In this document: piece after piece, positions 28,688 to 40,395 of the stretch
Position numbering within the stretch: position 1 is the stretch's first letter
Layout of the letters: every line of letters begins with the position of its first letter
Source of the DNA: an uncultured Methylomirabilota bacterium
GTDB taxonomy: Bacteria; Methylomirabilota; Methylomirabilia; Methylomirabilales; 2-02-FULL-66-22
Length of the DNA: 64,000 nt
Reading direction: 5' to 3'
Assembly: GCA_963845565.1 (NCBI GenBank)
Contig: CAWJSJ010000001.1
Location: forward strand, 160,001 to 224,000
Program-made: the position numbers and the translations under genes
The notes under the pieces: generated by a model
What the model was told of the DNA's origin: nothing
The model's database searches: none
The model's input: only the letters and a program-made list of their open reading frames with translations

Positions 28688-29383
28688 ATGGACGCACGGC
28701 GAGTCGCCCACTGTTTTTTCGACCTCGACGGGACGCTGGTGGATCCGCGTGGGGGCATCGTGGGGAGCATCCAGTACGCCCTGCAGACACTCGGGGAACC
28801 GGCCCGCGACCCGGTCTTCCTTGAGCGATTCATCGGGCCCCCGCTGGCGGGGACCTTCCGGACGCTCCTCGGTACCGACGACGCAGGGAGGATCCGGGAG
28901 GCCATTGCCGCCTACCGCGTGCGATTCGTGGCGATGGGTATCCATCAGAATATTGTCTATGAGGGGATCCCCGAGGGATTGCGCGCGCTCTGCGACTCAG
29001 GCGTCGCCTTGCGGGTGGTGACGTCCAAGCCTGCCGAATACGCCGAGCGGATCGTTGACGCGCGTGGGCTGCGATCCTATTTCGCGGGCGTGCACGGCTC
29101 CACCCTGGACGGCGAGCGAACGGAGAAGGGCGCGCTCATCCGGCACGTTCTCGAATCCGAAGGACTGTCGCCTCGGACAGTGGTGATGGTGGGGGACCGG
29201 GTCCACGACGTGGTCGGCGCGCGGGAGAACGGCGTGGCCTGCGTGGCCGTGCGGTGGGGGTACGGCTCCCCGGAGGAGTTGCACGCTGCCCGCCCTGACG
29301 CGATCGTGAACACGATGGGGGAACTCCTCGCGTACCTCTGCGCTCGCGCCGGTGGCGCCGACCGCCTGTCGGCAGGAACGTAA
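28688..29383 (+). CDS. HAD-superfamily phosphatase
   Basis: FFDLDGTLVD, TSKP, MVGDRVHDV, WGYGS. Confidence 0.9.
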   Translation: MDARRVAHCFFDLDGTLVDPRGGIVGSIQYALQTLGEPARDPVFLERFIGPPLAGTFRTLLGTDDAGRIREAIAAYRVRFVAMGIHQNIVYEGIPEGLRALCDSGVALRVVTSKPAEYAERIVDARGLRSYFAGVHGSTLDGERTEKGALIRHVLESEGLSPRTVVMVGDRVHDVVGARENGVACVAVRWGYGSPEELHAARPDAIVNTMGELLAYLCARAGGADRLSAGT

Positions 29384-29470
29384 ACCGCACCGGGTTGGGG
29401 GCGGAACGTGGGAGGTCGCCAGGCCGACCGCCTGGCGTATCGTGCACGTGTCTCGTTCCCGGAGGCCTGT

Positions 29471-30046
29471 ATGAAGGTCCACACGGCACTGGATCACCTG
29501 ATCGAGTTGGAGGAGCGGGTCGGACACCTCTATATCCAGTTCTACCGGCGGTTCGCCGATCTGCCCGGGGTGGCCGATCTCTGGTGGGCGATGGCGCTGG
29601 AGGAGCACGGCCACGCCGGGATCCTCAAGATGGTCAAGGCGCTCACCGATCCGGCCGCCCGCGTCCGGGATATCCGGATTCGCCTGCGACCGCTCCAGGG
29701 GTTGATCCGGGAATGCGAGGGGGAGGCTCGGCGCGTCCCCGACCTGCGGGAAGCGCTGGCGATTGCCGTGCGGCTGGAACGGTCGGAACTGGATCGCCTG
29801 GGGCGCGAGACGATGCGCGAGATCGCGCAGGACCTGCCGGCGGTTCCGCGCTCGGCCTTCGCCCCGCACGAGGCGCACCTGGACCGGCTGACGCGCACGG
29901 TGCGAAAGTTCGGCGGTGAGGAGGTACTCCGCGAGGCCTGGGCCTTGAGCCCCGAGGGGAGAGACCAGAGGGCGGCAGGCAGTCCGGCTCGACGGCCGGC
30001 GTCGCCCAAGGACGGCCGGGCCCGCAGGTCCACGGGCTCGCGGTGA
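29471..30046 (+). CDS. Ferritin-like/rubrerythrin-domain protein
   Basis: LIELEERVGHLY...MALEEHGH...LERSE...EAH; GGAGG RBS. Confidence 0.6.
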   Translation: MKVHTALDHLIELEERVGHLYIQFYRRFADLPGVADLWWAMALEEHGHAGILKMVKALTDPAARVRDIRIRLRPLQGLIRECEGEARRVPDLREALAIAVRLERSELDRLGRETMREIAQDLPAVPRSAFAPHEAHLDRLTRTVRKFGGEEVLREAWALSPEGRDQRAAGSPARRPASPKDGRARRSTGSR

Positions 30047-30082
30047 CCTGCCGGCTCGACGCCATGGTCGGCCGGCGCGAGA

Positions 30083-30916
30083 TCAGAAGGGCGGCGCGGG
30101 GCTCCCGGCGAGTCGCCGGAGTCCCAGCGTCGCGAAGAAGAGCGCGGTGCTGACCAGGACGATGGCGGCTCCGGACGCGACGTTCAGAAAAAAGGAGAGG
30201 TACAGGCCGAGGACGACGGCGGCGCCCGAGACGAGCACTCCGAGGATCATCATCCGAAAGAACCGTTCGGTCAGGAGATATGCCGTGGCGCTTGGGGTCA
30301 CCAGCAGGGCCACCACCAGCACGATGCCGACGGCTTGAATCGCCACCACGATGGTGATCGCGACCAGGGACAACAGAAGGTAATCGAGCGCGTGCACCGG
30401 GTACCCCATCGCTTCGGCGACGACCGGATCGAAGGAGAGCAGCAGGAGCTCCTTGTAGCAGAGCAGGACGGCCAGCAGGACAACCGCCACCAGCCCACCC
30501 GCTACCCAGAGGTCCGCGGCCGACATCCCCAGGATATTTCCGAAGAGAAAACTGAACAGATCCGCCGTGTACCCCTCGATGGTGCTCATGAGCAGGACGC
30601 CCAGCGCGAACGCCCCGGCGAATAAGATCCCGATGGTCGTGTCGTAGCTCGTGCGGGCCCGTCGAGACACGAAACCGATGCCGAGCGCGGTCGCCACCGT
30701 GAAGAGCGCGGCGCCCACGTAGATGTTCGCCTTCAACATGTACGCGATGACGACCCCGGGGAAGGCGGCGTGGGCGAGGGCGTCGCCGATGAAGGCCAGC
30801 CCGCGCAGCACGACATAGGTTCCGACCACGGCACAGATCGCGCCCACCAGCAGCCCGCCGAGCAGCGCACGACGAAAGAACTCGTAATCCAACGGTCCGA
30901 TCAAGAGATCGAGCAT
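30083..30916 (-). CDS. znuB: Zn/Mn ABC transporter permease
   Basis: GDALAHAAFPG, FLFGNIL, LLVTPSATA. Confidence 0.9.
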   Translation of the reverse strand: MLDLLIGPLDYEFFRRALLGGLLVGAICAVVGTYVVLRGLAFIGDALAHAAFPGVVIAYMLKANIYVGAALFTVATALGIGFVSRRARTSYDTTIGILFAGAFALGVLLMSTIEGYTADLFSFLFGNILGMSAADLWVAGGLVAVVLLAVLLCYKELLLLSFDPVVAEAMGYPVHALDYLLLSLVAITIVVAIQAVGIVLVVALLVTPSATAYLLTERFFRMMILGVLVSGAAVVLGLYLSFFLNVASGAAIVLVSTALFFATLGLRRLAGSPAPPF

Positions 30917-30986
30917 CTCCGGGTTACCTGTGCCGTCGGTTCGGCGACCGACCGGCGATCGGGGAGTGCGGGCTCGCTGCCATGCG

Positions 30987-31816
<830 letters not shown>

Positions 31817-31820
<4 letters not shown>

Positions 31821-32752
31821 CGCAGCGCATTCACCATCTGGGTGACGTTGTGTCGCATCATGTTGAGGTACGTGTCGGCCGGCGGTCCGCTCGACAGGCT
31901 GCCGTCGTATAGATTGGTGACGATTTTCACGCCGGCATCCCTGGCAAGAACCTCCAGCATCTTGGAGTTGAAATCCGCCTCGGCGAACACGGCGGGAATC
32001 TGCTCTTGCTTGATCCTCCTGACGAGCTCCGCAAGAGCCTTGGCCGAGGGCTCCTTGCCGGGGCTGGCCACGATGAAACCCTTGACCGCGAGACCGTAGC
32101 GGTTGGCGAAATACTGGAACGCGTTATGAAACGTGACGATCTTGCGTCGCGCGGCCGGAATCTTCCCTACTTCGGTGCGAATCCAGGCGTCCAGTTCGTC
32201 CAGTTTCGCCTTATAGGCCTGAGCGCGTTCGGTATAGGCGCCGGCGTTGGTCGGGTCCACTTGGCTGAGGCCGTCGCGGATCTTGTCTACGTACGCCTTG
32301 ACGAGAATCGGGTCGAGCCAGACGTGTGGGTCCTGTCCCTCGGCGTGGCTGTGGCCGCCGTGGCTGTGACCGGGCCTCTTGATCGTGGCGAGTCCTTTGG
32401 AGAGCTCGATGACGGGTACATCCGGCTTCTTGACGCTCCGGATCGTCTTGTCCCACCATTCCTCCAGCCCGGCGCCGTTGAAGAAAACAACCCGCGCCTG
32501 GGAGAGGAGCCTGATGGATTCGGGCGTCGGCTGAAAGGTGTGCGGATCAGTCCCGGCAGGCGCCAGCGCCCGGACCTGCACCGTGTCCCCGCCGACGTTC
32601 GCGACGACATCCGCGAGGACGGTGTTACTGGTGACAACCGAGACGGACGGATTGATCTGCGCCGACAGGGCATTCCGAGACGCGGCGACAAGACCGATTG
32701 CCGTCATGCACACCAACCCTGAAACGACCACACCGCGACAGGCTGTCTTCAT
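31817..32752 (-). CDS. znuA: Zn/Mn ABC substrate-binding protein
   Basis: DPHTFQPTP, His-rich loop GHSHGGHSH, DPHVWLDP, HNAFQYF. Confidence 0.92.
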
Positions 32753-32769
32753 TCAGAATCTCCCGGGAT

Positions 32770-33198
32770 TTATTTCGAGCAGCGGACGCATAATCCATAG
32801 AATTGGAGGTCGTGTCGACGCACCACGAAACGTGTCCGCTCTCGGATCTTCCGCTCAAAGGGCCCGATCAGGCAGTCTTCGAAATCGGTCACACTTCCGC
32901 ACTGATCACAGATGAGGTGGTGGTGATGTGCGCGGTGGTTGTCGGAGAGCTCAAACCGCTGGCCTCCGGTCACGCGGTCGGCCAATACCAGGATGCCGAG
33001 CCGTCGGAACAAGTGGATGGCGCGATACACCGACGTCAGGTTGATCTGCCGACCCCGGATCCGTTTATGAACCTCCGCCACGGTCATGGGCTGAGAGTGT
33101 TCCACAAACACCCGGAGCACTTCCTGCCGTGGCGGCGTTTGGCGGAAGGCTTTGCGATCGAGTTGAAGCGGACCAACAGCGCGCCGGTTGGATTCCAT
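32770..33198 (-). CDS. Fur-family regulator (Zur-like)
   Basis: TPPRQEVL, TSVYRAI, HHHHLICDQCG, GLCVRC; heads the metal ABC operon. Confidence 0.88.
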   Translation of the reverse strand: MESNRRAVGPLQLDRKAFRQTPPRQEVLRVFVEHSQPMTVAEVHKRIRGRQINLTSVYRAIHLFRRLGILVLADRVTGGQRFELSDNHRAHHHHLICDQCGSVTDFEDCLIGPFERKIRERTRFVVRRHDLQFYGLCVRCSK

Positions 33199-33208
33199 GG
33201 TCTTCCTC

Positions 33209-33252
33209 TTGCAAATGATTTGCAATCATACTCGGAGAGTGGGGGAAGTCAA
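33209..33252 (-). promoter_or_regulatory. Promoter with a Fur/Zur-type palindromic operator
   Basis: TTGCAAAT-G-ATTTGCAA (33209-33225) just downstream of minus-strand TTGACT-16-TATGAT. Confidence 0.75.
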
Positions 33253-33347
33253 GAATGATTCGGCTGGACTGAGATTCGCGCCCGGAATTGTGGACGGCGA
33301 ATTGCGGCGAGAAACGCGGAGGAAGCCGTGCTTGCGGCTTCAAGCCG

Positions 33348-36047
33348 TCAGGGGTTCGGCGGGGTAACCACGATCTGCACCAAACGATCCGGATGGATGT
33401 ACTTCCGGGCGGCGGCCTGGGCCTGGGCGGGGGTGACCGATCGGAGATCGGCCGGGAATCGCGCGGGGAAATCGACGCCGAGACCAAAGAGTTCCGTGTC
33501 CCGCAGCACGAACGCCATCCCCATCTGATCCTCCATGGAGAGGACCAGCGAGCCAATGGCCGCGGCGCGGGACTCCTCCAATTCCTCGGCGGTTACTCCG
33601 TCCTCCCGCAGCCGGTCGGCTTGTCGAACGACCGCGGCGATGGCTCGCTCCACCAGGGCGGGGGTTGTCTGCAGGGAGACGACCCACGGACGTTCCCCGA
33701 GCACCGGGAAGAAGTAGCTGTACACGCCGTACGTCATGCCCCCTTCTTGCCGAAGGGATTTCATGAGGCGGCTGTTCAACTCGCCGCCGCCCAAGATCCG
33801 ATTGGCCAGAAAGGCGGCGTAGTAATCGGGGTTGTCCCGGGTGATGCCGTTGCCTCCCAGCATCACGATGGCCTCGGACTTTCCGGGTAGAGGGATCGTA
33901 CGTCGCGAAACGGACGTGACGAGGGGCATGGGGGGTCGCGGGACGGACGGAAGGGCAAGGGGACTCCAATCGCCAAAGGCTTTCTCGACGGCTGCGAGGA
34001 CTTCCTCCGGCGTGCGGTCCCCGACCACCACCAGGACGGTCCGGTCCGGACGATAGTGTGTTGCGTGAAACTGGACGACGTCGTCGCGGCGGATCGTGTC
34101 CAAGTCCTCTCGTTGACCGGCGGCATTCCGATGCAGCGGATGACCCGGCGGGAACAGTTGCGCAAACAATTCCCGCTGCGCCAGGGGTTTGGGCTCCTCC
34201 GCCTCACGATCCAGACGGGCTCTGAGTTGTCCGAGGGCCTTGGTGACTTCGTTGGGCGGGAAGATGGGATTCCGGAGGCATTCGGCGAGGTGTCCGAGTA
34301 CGACATCGAAATGCTCGGTCAGCATCTGGGCGGTGATCCCCACGGTCTCCCGCTCCGCGCGGATTGAGCCTGTGGCCCCGAGGAACTCGATCCGGTCCGC
34401 CAGATCAGCCGCGGTGTGATTCGGTGTCCCGCGCGTCATCAACTCTGCGGTGAGGGCGGCGAGACCTGATTTCCCGGGCGGATCCTGGACCGAGCCGGCC
34501 AGGAGGTAGCCCTTGATGGCGACGCTCTGCGCCACGCGATTTTCCGCAGCAATGACCGTGAGGCCATTCGGGAGGACGCGTCGGACGACCTTGCCGGTTG
34601 CGGGGACGGTCGAACCCATTTGCGCCGGACCAGGGGTCGCTGGGACGTCGAGGGCCCCAGGCGGCTCCGGTGCGCGGTGGACGGACCCACGGCCGCTCGT
34701 CGGAACCTGTGGGCTGGCCGACCCGCCTTGCGGGATAAACCACCCGACCGTCCTCTGGTCCGTCCCGAAATACGTCCCGGCCACTCGCTGGACGTCGGCG
34801 GCGGTGACCTGCCGGATTCTCTCGAGGACGCGGTCGAACTCCCCATGGCCGACGGTCATCTCGAGCTTGCCGATCGCCCCGGCCATCCCGCTCACGCTTC
34901 CATAGTCGATCGTCAGATCGGCGCGCACCTGATTGATGGCCTTCTGCAGCTCGCGATCCGTCACGCCCTCCCGGCGGATCCGTTCCAGGACCTGCGTGAG
35001 GGCATCTTCGACACGCTGGTGGGACACGCCCTCCCGGGCCGTGAGATAGAATCCGAACCACCCTGGGTCGATCCGCCGCGCGTAATCGCTGGCCAGCGTC
35101 GAGACGAGGTCGGTTTCCACGAGGGCCTTGTGCAGCCGCGAACTCTTGCCGTTCGTCAGGATTCCGTCCAGGACCAAGAGCGCAAAGTGATCGGGATGGG
35201 CGGCGGCGGGGGTGCCGTAGAATACCTGGAGGTGGGCGGTGGAGCCCGCTCCCTTGACGACGACTCGGCGCTCTCCCGTGCGCGCGGGCTCGCGGGTGAG
35301 GACCGGCGGAGGCGGGGAACCCGCGGGCAGGTCGCCGAAGTACTTCCGCACGAGATCCAGCGTGGCCTCGGTGTGGATGTCCCCGACGATAATCAGAACG
35401 GCGTTGTTCGGCTGATAGTGGGCCTGGTAGTAGGCCAGGATCGCCTCTCGCGTCAAGGACTGCACGTCGGCCTTCCAGCCGATGATCAGATTGCGATACG
35501 GGTGCAACAGGAACGCGGTGGCGCGCGTGATTTCTTCGAGGAGTTCCTCAGGGTCGTTCAGGCGCCCCTGGAGCTCCGACAGGACCACGCCGAGCTCCGT
35601 CTTGAGTTCGTCGGGGTCGAGTGCGCAGTTCATCATCCGGTCGGATTCGATGCGTAACGCGGTCTCCAGCCTGTCGCTGGGGAGGGTCATGTGATAGGCC
35701 GTGTAGTCGTAGCTGGTGAACGCGTTGTGGCGGCCTCCAGCGAGCTGGACGAGTCGGTCGAGATCGCCGGTCTTCATGGACTTGGTGGCGCGGAACAGCA
35801 TGTGCTCGAGGACGTGGGAGATGCCGGTCGCGCCCGGTCGCTCGTTCCGGGAGCCGACCCGGTACAGTGTCCAGACGGTCACGACGGGCGCTGCGCGCAA
35901 CTCCTTGGTGAGGACCTTGAGGCCGTTCGGGAGGATCGTTTCTCGTATGGCGGAGGAATCGGCAGTTCCAGCGGCGGCCACGAACGGGAGCGCGAGGGCG
36001 ATACACACGATGAAGCCGACGATCACGCGGCGACGTAGCATAGTCAC
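33348..36047 (-). CDS. M16 (pitrilysin) zinc peptidase, exported, two-half fusion
   Basis: Signal peptide; LPNGL, VGSRNE, HVLEH (HxxEH), NAFTSYDYT; second LPNGL half lacks the metal motif. Confidence 0.93.
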   Translation of the reverse strand: MTMLRRRVIVGFIVCIALALPFVAAAGTADSSAIRETILPNGLKVLTKELRAAPVVTVWTLYRVGSRNERPGATGISHVLEHMLFRATKSMKTGDLDRLVQLAGGRHNAFTSYDYTAYHMTLPSDRLETALRIESDRMMNCALDPDELKTELGVVLSELQGRLNDPEELLEEITRATAFLLHPYRNLIIGWKADVQSLTREAILAYYQAHYQPNNAVLIIVGDIHTEATLDLVRKYFGDLPAGSPPPPVLTREPARTGERRVVVKGAGSTAHLQVFYGTPAAAHPDHFALLVLDGILTNGKSSRLHKALVETDLVSTLASDYARRIDPGWFGFYLTAREGVSHQRVEDALTQVLERIRREGVTDRELQKAINQVRADLTIDYGSVSGMAGAIGKLEMTVGHGEFDRVLERIRQVTAADVQRVAGTYFGTDQRTVGWFIPQGGSASPQVPTSGRGSVHRAPEPPGALDVPATPGPAQMGSTVPATGKVVRRVLPNGLTVIAAENRVAQSVAIKGYLLAGSVQDPPGKSGLAALTAELMTRGTPNHTAADLADRIEFLGATGSIRAERETVGITAQMLTEHFDVVLGHLAECLRNPIFPPNEVTKALGQLRARLDREAEEPKPLAQRELFAQLFPPGHPLHRNAAGQREDLDTIRRDDVVQFHATHYRPDRTVLVVVGDRTPEEVLAAVEKAFGDWSPLALPSVPRPPMPLVTSVSRRTIPLPGKSEAIVMLGGNGITRDNPDYYAAFLANRILGGGELNSRLMKSLRQEGGMTYGVYSYFFPVLGERPWVVSLQTTPALVERAIAAVVRQADRLREDGVTAEELEESRAAAIGSLVLSMEDQMGMAFVLRDTELFGLGVDFPARFPADLRSVTPAQAQAAARKYIHPDRLVQIVVTPPNP

Positions 36048-36165
36048 AGCACCCTCCCCACGGCGGTTCGAACTTTCATGCCAAACTAGTTGAGCAAGCG
36101 GGCAGGGTCAAGGCAATTTCCCGGTTGGGTATGGGAGATCGGGCGTTCGGGGGTGCCGGGATGTG

Positions 36166-37320
36166 TCAGCCGAGGCGCTTGTGAAAGCGAAGCGTGCTGG
36201 CCGTCAGAACGCTGAGTCCAAGGAGAAGGAGGGCGAGCATCTGCGGCCAGAGAATCTCGACCCCGTTTCCCTTCAGGAAGATGCCCCGGATGATGACGAG
36301 GAAGTAGCGGAGAGGGTTCAGGTACGTCAGGTACTGGATCGCCTCGGGCATGTTGGCGATGGGGAAGGCGAATCCGGACAGCAGCATGGCTGGTTGAAAG
36401 AAGAAGAAGGTGGACATGAGGGCTTGCTGCTGGGTCTTGGAAATCGTGGAGATGTAAAGGCCGATCCCCAGGACCGGGAGGAGAAATAGGGCGGTGGCCC
36501 CGAAAAGCAGGACAAGGCTTCCCCGAATCGGCACGGTGAACCAGAGGACCGCCACCGTGGTAATGATGAGGACATCGAAGAACCCGATGAGAGCGAAGGG
36601 CAGAGTCTTTCCCAGGATCAGCTCGGCCGGCCGAATGGGCGAGACCAAGAGCTGCTCCATGGTTCCGATCTCCCGTTCCCGGACGATGGCCATGGCGGTC
36701 ATCATCATCAGGGTCAGCATGATGAGGATGGCGATGACCCCAGGGACGTAGTAGTTGCGGCTTCTGAGGTCCGGATTGAACCAGGCCCGGGACCGGAGCT
36801 CGACCCCCGGCAGGCCGCCGGACGGCATCGGGGCGACCCTGCCCGCGGCCACCGCGCGCGCGGCGAGCAGGACGGGGAGCTTCTCGCGATTGACCTGAGC
36901 GATGATCCGGTTGGCGTAGTCCAGGACCACGCCGGCAGTATTGGAGTCGGTCCCGTCCACGATGACCTGGATGACGGCGGTGCGCCCCCGGGCCAGGTCC
37001 CGAGCGAACCCCGGGTCGAACTGGATGGCAGCCTTCACCGCCCCCTGGTCGATCAGGGCGCGCAAGACCTCCGGGTCCTCGACCCATCGGACGACGCGGA
37101 AGTAGCCGGAGCTCTCGAAGCGCCGCGTGATCTCCCGGGTTTCCTGGGTCCGGTCGAAGTCGGCGACGGCGGTGGCGACCTGGGTGACGTCGGTGGTGAC
37201 CGCGTAGCCGATGACGAAGAGCTGGATGATCGGCGTGCCGAAGATCACGGCCTTCATCCGGGGATCCCGGAAGATCTGGACGAATTCCTTGATGAGCATG
37301 TGTTTGAGGCGCTCCCACAT
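36166..37320 (-). CDS. ABC-2 permease (YbhR-like)
   Basis: KEFVQIFRD, DGTDSN, FNPDL, VREREIGTMEQL, NPLRYF. Confidence 0.9.
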   Translation of the reverse strand: MWERLKHMLIKEFVQIFRDPRMKAVIFGTPIIQLFVIGYAVTTDVTQVATAVADFDRTQETREITRRFESSGYFRVVRWVEDPEVLRALIDQGAVKAAIQFDPGFARDLARGRTAVIQVIVDGTDSNTAGVVLDYANRIIAQVNREKLPVLLAARAVAAGRVAPMPSGGLPGVELRSRAWFNPDLRSRNYYVPGVIAILIMLTLMMMTAMAIVREREIGTMEQLLVSPIRPAELILGKTLPFALIGFFDVLIITTVAVLWFTVPIRGSLVLLFGATALFLLPVLGIGLYISTISKTQQQALMSTFFFFQPAMLLSGFAFPIANMPEAIQYLTYLNPLRYFLVIIRGIFLKGNGVEILWPQMLALLLLGLSVLTASTLRFHKRLG

Positions 37321-37328
37321 GGCTCGAT

Positions 37329-38454
37329 CTACTCCAGGCTCTTCCGAAAGGCCCGGTGGGCGGCGGTCATGACCACCAGGGAGAATAGGGCCAGGAAGAG
37401 CACCTCCATGCCTAGGACGCGCAGACCGACGCCCTTGAGGAAGATGCCCTTCAGGATCGTGACGAAGTAGCGGGCAGGCACCACGTGCGTGATGGCTTGC
37501 AGCCACCCCGGCATGTTGGCGATGTCGAAGACGAACCCCGACAACAGGAAGGCGGGGAGAAAGGTGACGACCATGGCCGCCTGGCTGGCGAGGATCTGGG
37601 ACTTTGTCTTGATGGAGACCAGCATCCCCAGGCCGAGGGCCCCCAGGAGGAAGACCAGGGAGAGGATGAGGAGCAACGGCAGGCTACCCCGGAAGGGCAC
37701 CCCGAAGACCGTCGTCCCCACCAGCACCGAGAGGACGACGTCGACGAAGCCGATCCCGACATAGGGGAGCAGCTTCCCCAGGATCAGCTCGGGCACCCGG
37801 ATGGGTGTGGCGATGAGCTGTTCCATGGTCCCCCGCTCCCATTCGCGGGCGACCGTGAGCGAGGTCAGGAGGGCGGCGATCACCATCATGATCACCGCGA
37901 TGAGGCCGGGGACGATGTAGTTCTTGCTCTGCAGCTCCGGGTTGAACCAGACGCGGGGGCGGCCCTCCACCGGGAGGTCGCGGGGGCTTGACATTGAGCC
38001 GTTCCGCGACGATACGGGTGGAGTAGCGCGCGGCGATTCCCTCCAGGTAGTTCAGGGCGATGGTCGCCGTGTTGGAATCGCTGCCGTCCAGGAGCGCCTG
38101 GACCGGAACGCGCCGACCGAGGGCCAGGTCGCGCGCGAAGTTCCGGGGGATCACCAGGGCCACCTGGGCTCGACCGGAATCGAGCGCCCACTCGACGTCC
38201 CGGTAGTTCTCCGCCCTGGCCACTGGGGTGAAGTAGCGGGTGGCGGTGAACTGCTCCAGGAACTCCCGGCTCGTGGCGCTCTGGTCCTGGTCGTACACGA
38301 TCGTCTTCAGGCGATCCACGTCCAGGGTGAGGGCGTAGCCGTACAGGAAGAGCAGGATCATGGGAATGACGAAGGCCATCCCGAGGCTTCGCGGATCGCG
38401 ACGGATCTGAATGATTTCCTTTCGGGCCACCGCCAACAGTCGAGCGATGCGCAT
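37329..38454 (-). CDS. ABC-2 permease (YbhS-like), one frameshift near 37985
   Basis: N-half KEIIQIRRDPRS...DGSDSN in ORF 37684..38454; C-half WFNPEL...AREWERGTMEQL in ORF 37329..37994. Confidence 0.88.
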
Positions 38455-38456
38455 TT

Positions 38457-39437
38457 CTAGGCTCTCCGCCCTCGGCTCTCGGCTCTCGGTTCTTCCCGTC
38501 GGTCTTCCGCTTCGATGAGGGATACGAACACGTCCTCCAGCGACGGGAGGATCTTCTCCACGTGCTCGACCCGGAGTCCGGCCGCCTCCAGTGCACCCCG
38601 CACGGCGGGGGCGGCCGCCGCCGCATCCGAGACGACCACATGCAGGAGCGTGCCGAAGAGCGCGGCCTCGCGCACGCCCGGAACCCGCGGGGTGACTTCC
38701 AGGGCCTCCACGGGACGGTCTACCGCTACTTCCAGCACGTCGTCGGGCATGTGTTCGCGCTTGAGCTGGGCGGCCGTCCCCAGGGCGATCATGCGCCCCC
38801 GGTAGATAAGGGCCAATCGGTCGCAGTACTCGGCCTCGTCCATGTAGTGGGTCGTGACGAACACGGTGACGCCCTGGCGCGAGAGACGCTGGATCAGATC
38901 CCAGAAATTCCGCCGCGAGATCGGATCCACGCCCGAGGTGGGCTCATCCAGAAAGAGAATTCGCGGCTCGTGCAGGATGGCGGCGCCGAGGGCCAGCCGC
39001 TGCCGCCAGCCGCCGGCCAGTTCGCGCGTGAGGCTCTGCTCTCGTCCCACCAGTCCCGCCATCTCGAGCGCCCACGCCTTGCGTGCGGCCTTCCTCTCCT
39101 TGGGGATGCGGTAGATGCCGCCGTAGAAGTCCAGGTTCTGCTCGACGGTGAGATCCTCGTAGAGCGAGAACTTCTGGGACATGTAGCCGATGATCTCCTT
39201 GATGGATTCCCCCTGGGTCCGGATGTCAAACCCGCCGACCCAGCCGGATCCACCGGTCGGGGAGAGCAGGCCCGTGAGCATCCGGATGGTTGTGGACTTC
39301 CCGGCCCCGTTGGGTCCCAGAAACCCAAAGATCTCTCCCGCGGGGACCTCGAACGAGAGGCGGTCCACGGCGACGAAGTCGCCGAAGCGGCGCTCGAGAT
39401 TCTCGACCCGGACCGCGAGGTCAGGCCGCCCGTTCAT
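38457..39437 (-). CDS. ABC transporter ATPase
   Basis: GPNGAGKST, YMSQKFSLY, FLDEPTSGVDP, TTHYMDEAE. Confidence 0.92.
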   Translation of the reverse strand: MNGRPDLAVRVENLERRFGDFVAVDRLSFEVPAGEIFGFLGPNGAGKSTTIRMLTGLLSPTGGSGWVGGFDIRTQGESIKEIIGYMSQKFSLYEDLTVEQNLDFYGGIYRIPKERKAARKAWALEMAGLVGREQSLTRELAGGWRQRLALGAAILHEPRILFLDEPTSGVDPISRRNFWDLIQRLSRQGVTVFVTTHYMDEAEYCDRLALIYRGRMIALGTAAQLKREHMPDDVLEVAVDRPVEALEVTPRVPGVREAALFGTLLHVVVSDAAAAAPAVRGALEAAGLRVEHVEKILPSLEDVFVSLIEAEDRREEPRAESRGRRA

Positions 39438-40395
39438 CGGGCGCTCCGCTCCCACGCTCGACCATGGAGATGAAGACATCCTCCAGCGACGGGGCGATCC
39501 GTCGGGCCTCGCGCGGCGCGAGGCCGGCTGCCTCCAGCGCTGCCTGGACGGCGGGGAGACCACGGGCGGCATCCTCGACCGCAATGTGGAGGTGATGGCC
39601 GAAGAGCGTGACGCTCTTGATTCCCGCGACGCCGGCCAGGACCTCGCGCGCCCGCCAGGCCTCGGTGACGAGGATCTCCACCAGATCGCCCGCCATCAGG
39701 CTCTTGATCTGACGGGGCGAATCCAGGGCCAGGAGCCGCCCCTGGTGCATGAGGCCGACGCGGTTGCACCGCTCAGCCTCATCCAGATAAGCCGTCGTGA
39801 CCAGGATCGTCACTCCCTCCTTCAGCATCTCGTAGAGGATCCGCCAGAAGTCGCGTCGGGAGACCGGATCCACGCCGTTGGTGGGCTCGTCCAGCAGGAG
39901 GATCTTGGGCGTGTGGATCAGGGCGCAGGCAAGGCCCAGCTTCTGTTTCATTCCGCCCGACAGCTTGTCGGCCAGCCGGTCCTTGAACGGGGTGAGGTTG
40001 CTGAACCCCAGGAGACGCTCGATGCGCGGCGCCCGTTCCTGGCGCGAGACCTCGAAGAGATCCGCATAGAAGAGGAGGTTCTCCAGCACGGTGAGGTCGC
40101 CGTACAGTCCGAATCGCTGGGACATGTATGCGATACGGTCCTTGACCGCCTCGGGCTGCGTTCGAACGGAGCGGCCTGCGACAAGGGCGTCGCCGTCCGT
40201 TGGCGGCAGGATGCCCGCCAGCATCCGGAGGGTCGTGGTCTTTCCGGCGCCGTCCGGACCGACCAGGCCGAACAACTCCCCGCGTGGGATCGTCAGGGTG
40301 AGGCGATCCACGGCCGTGACGGGGCCGAACCGCCGCGTCAGCGCACGAATCTCGATCGTCGGGCCCTCGTGCTCTTGAAATCCGCCGCTGTTCAT
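39421..40395 (-). CDS. ABC transporter ATPase
   Basis: GPDGAGKTT, LSGGMKQKL, LLDEPTNGVDP. Confidence 0.92.
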   Translation of the reverse strand: MNSGGFQEHEGPTIEIRALTRRFGPVTAVDRLTLTIPRGELFGLVGPDGAGKTTTLRMLAGILPPTDGDALVAGRSVRTQPEAVKDRIAYMSQRFGLYGDLTVLENLLFYADLFEVSRQERAPRIERLLGFSNLTPFKDRLADKLSGGMKQKLGLACALIHTPKILLLDEPTNGVDPVSRRDFWRILYEMLKEGVTILVTTAYLDEAERCNRVGLMHQGRLLALDSPRQIKSLMAGDLVEILVTEAWRAREVLAGVAGIKSVTLFGHHLHIAVEDAARGLPAVQAALEAAGLAPREARRIAPSLEDVFISMVERGSGAPDERAA

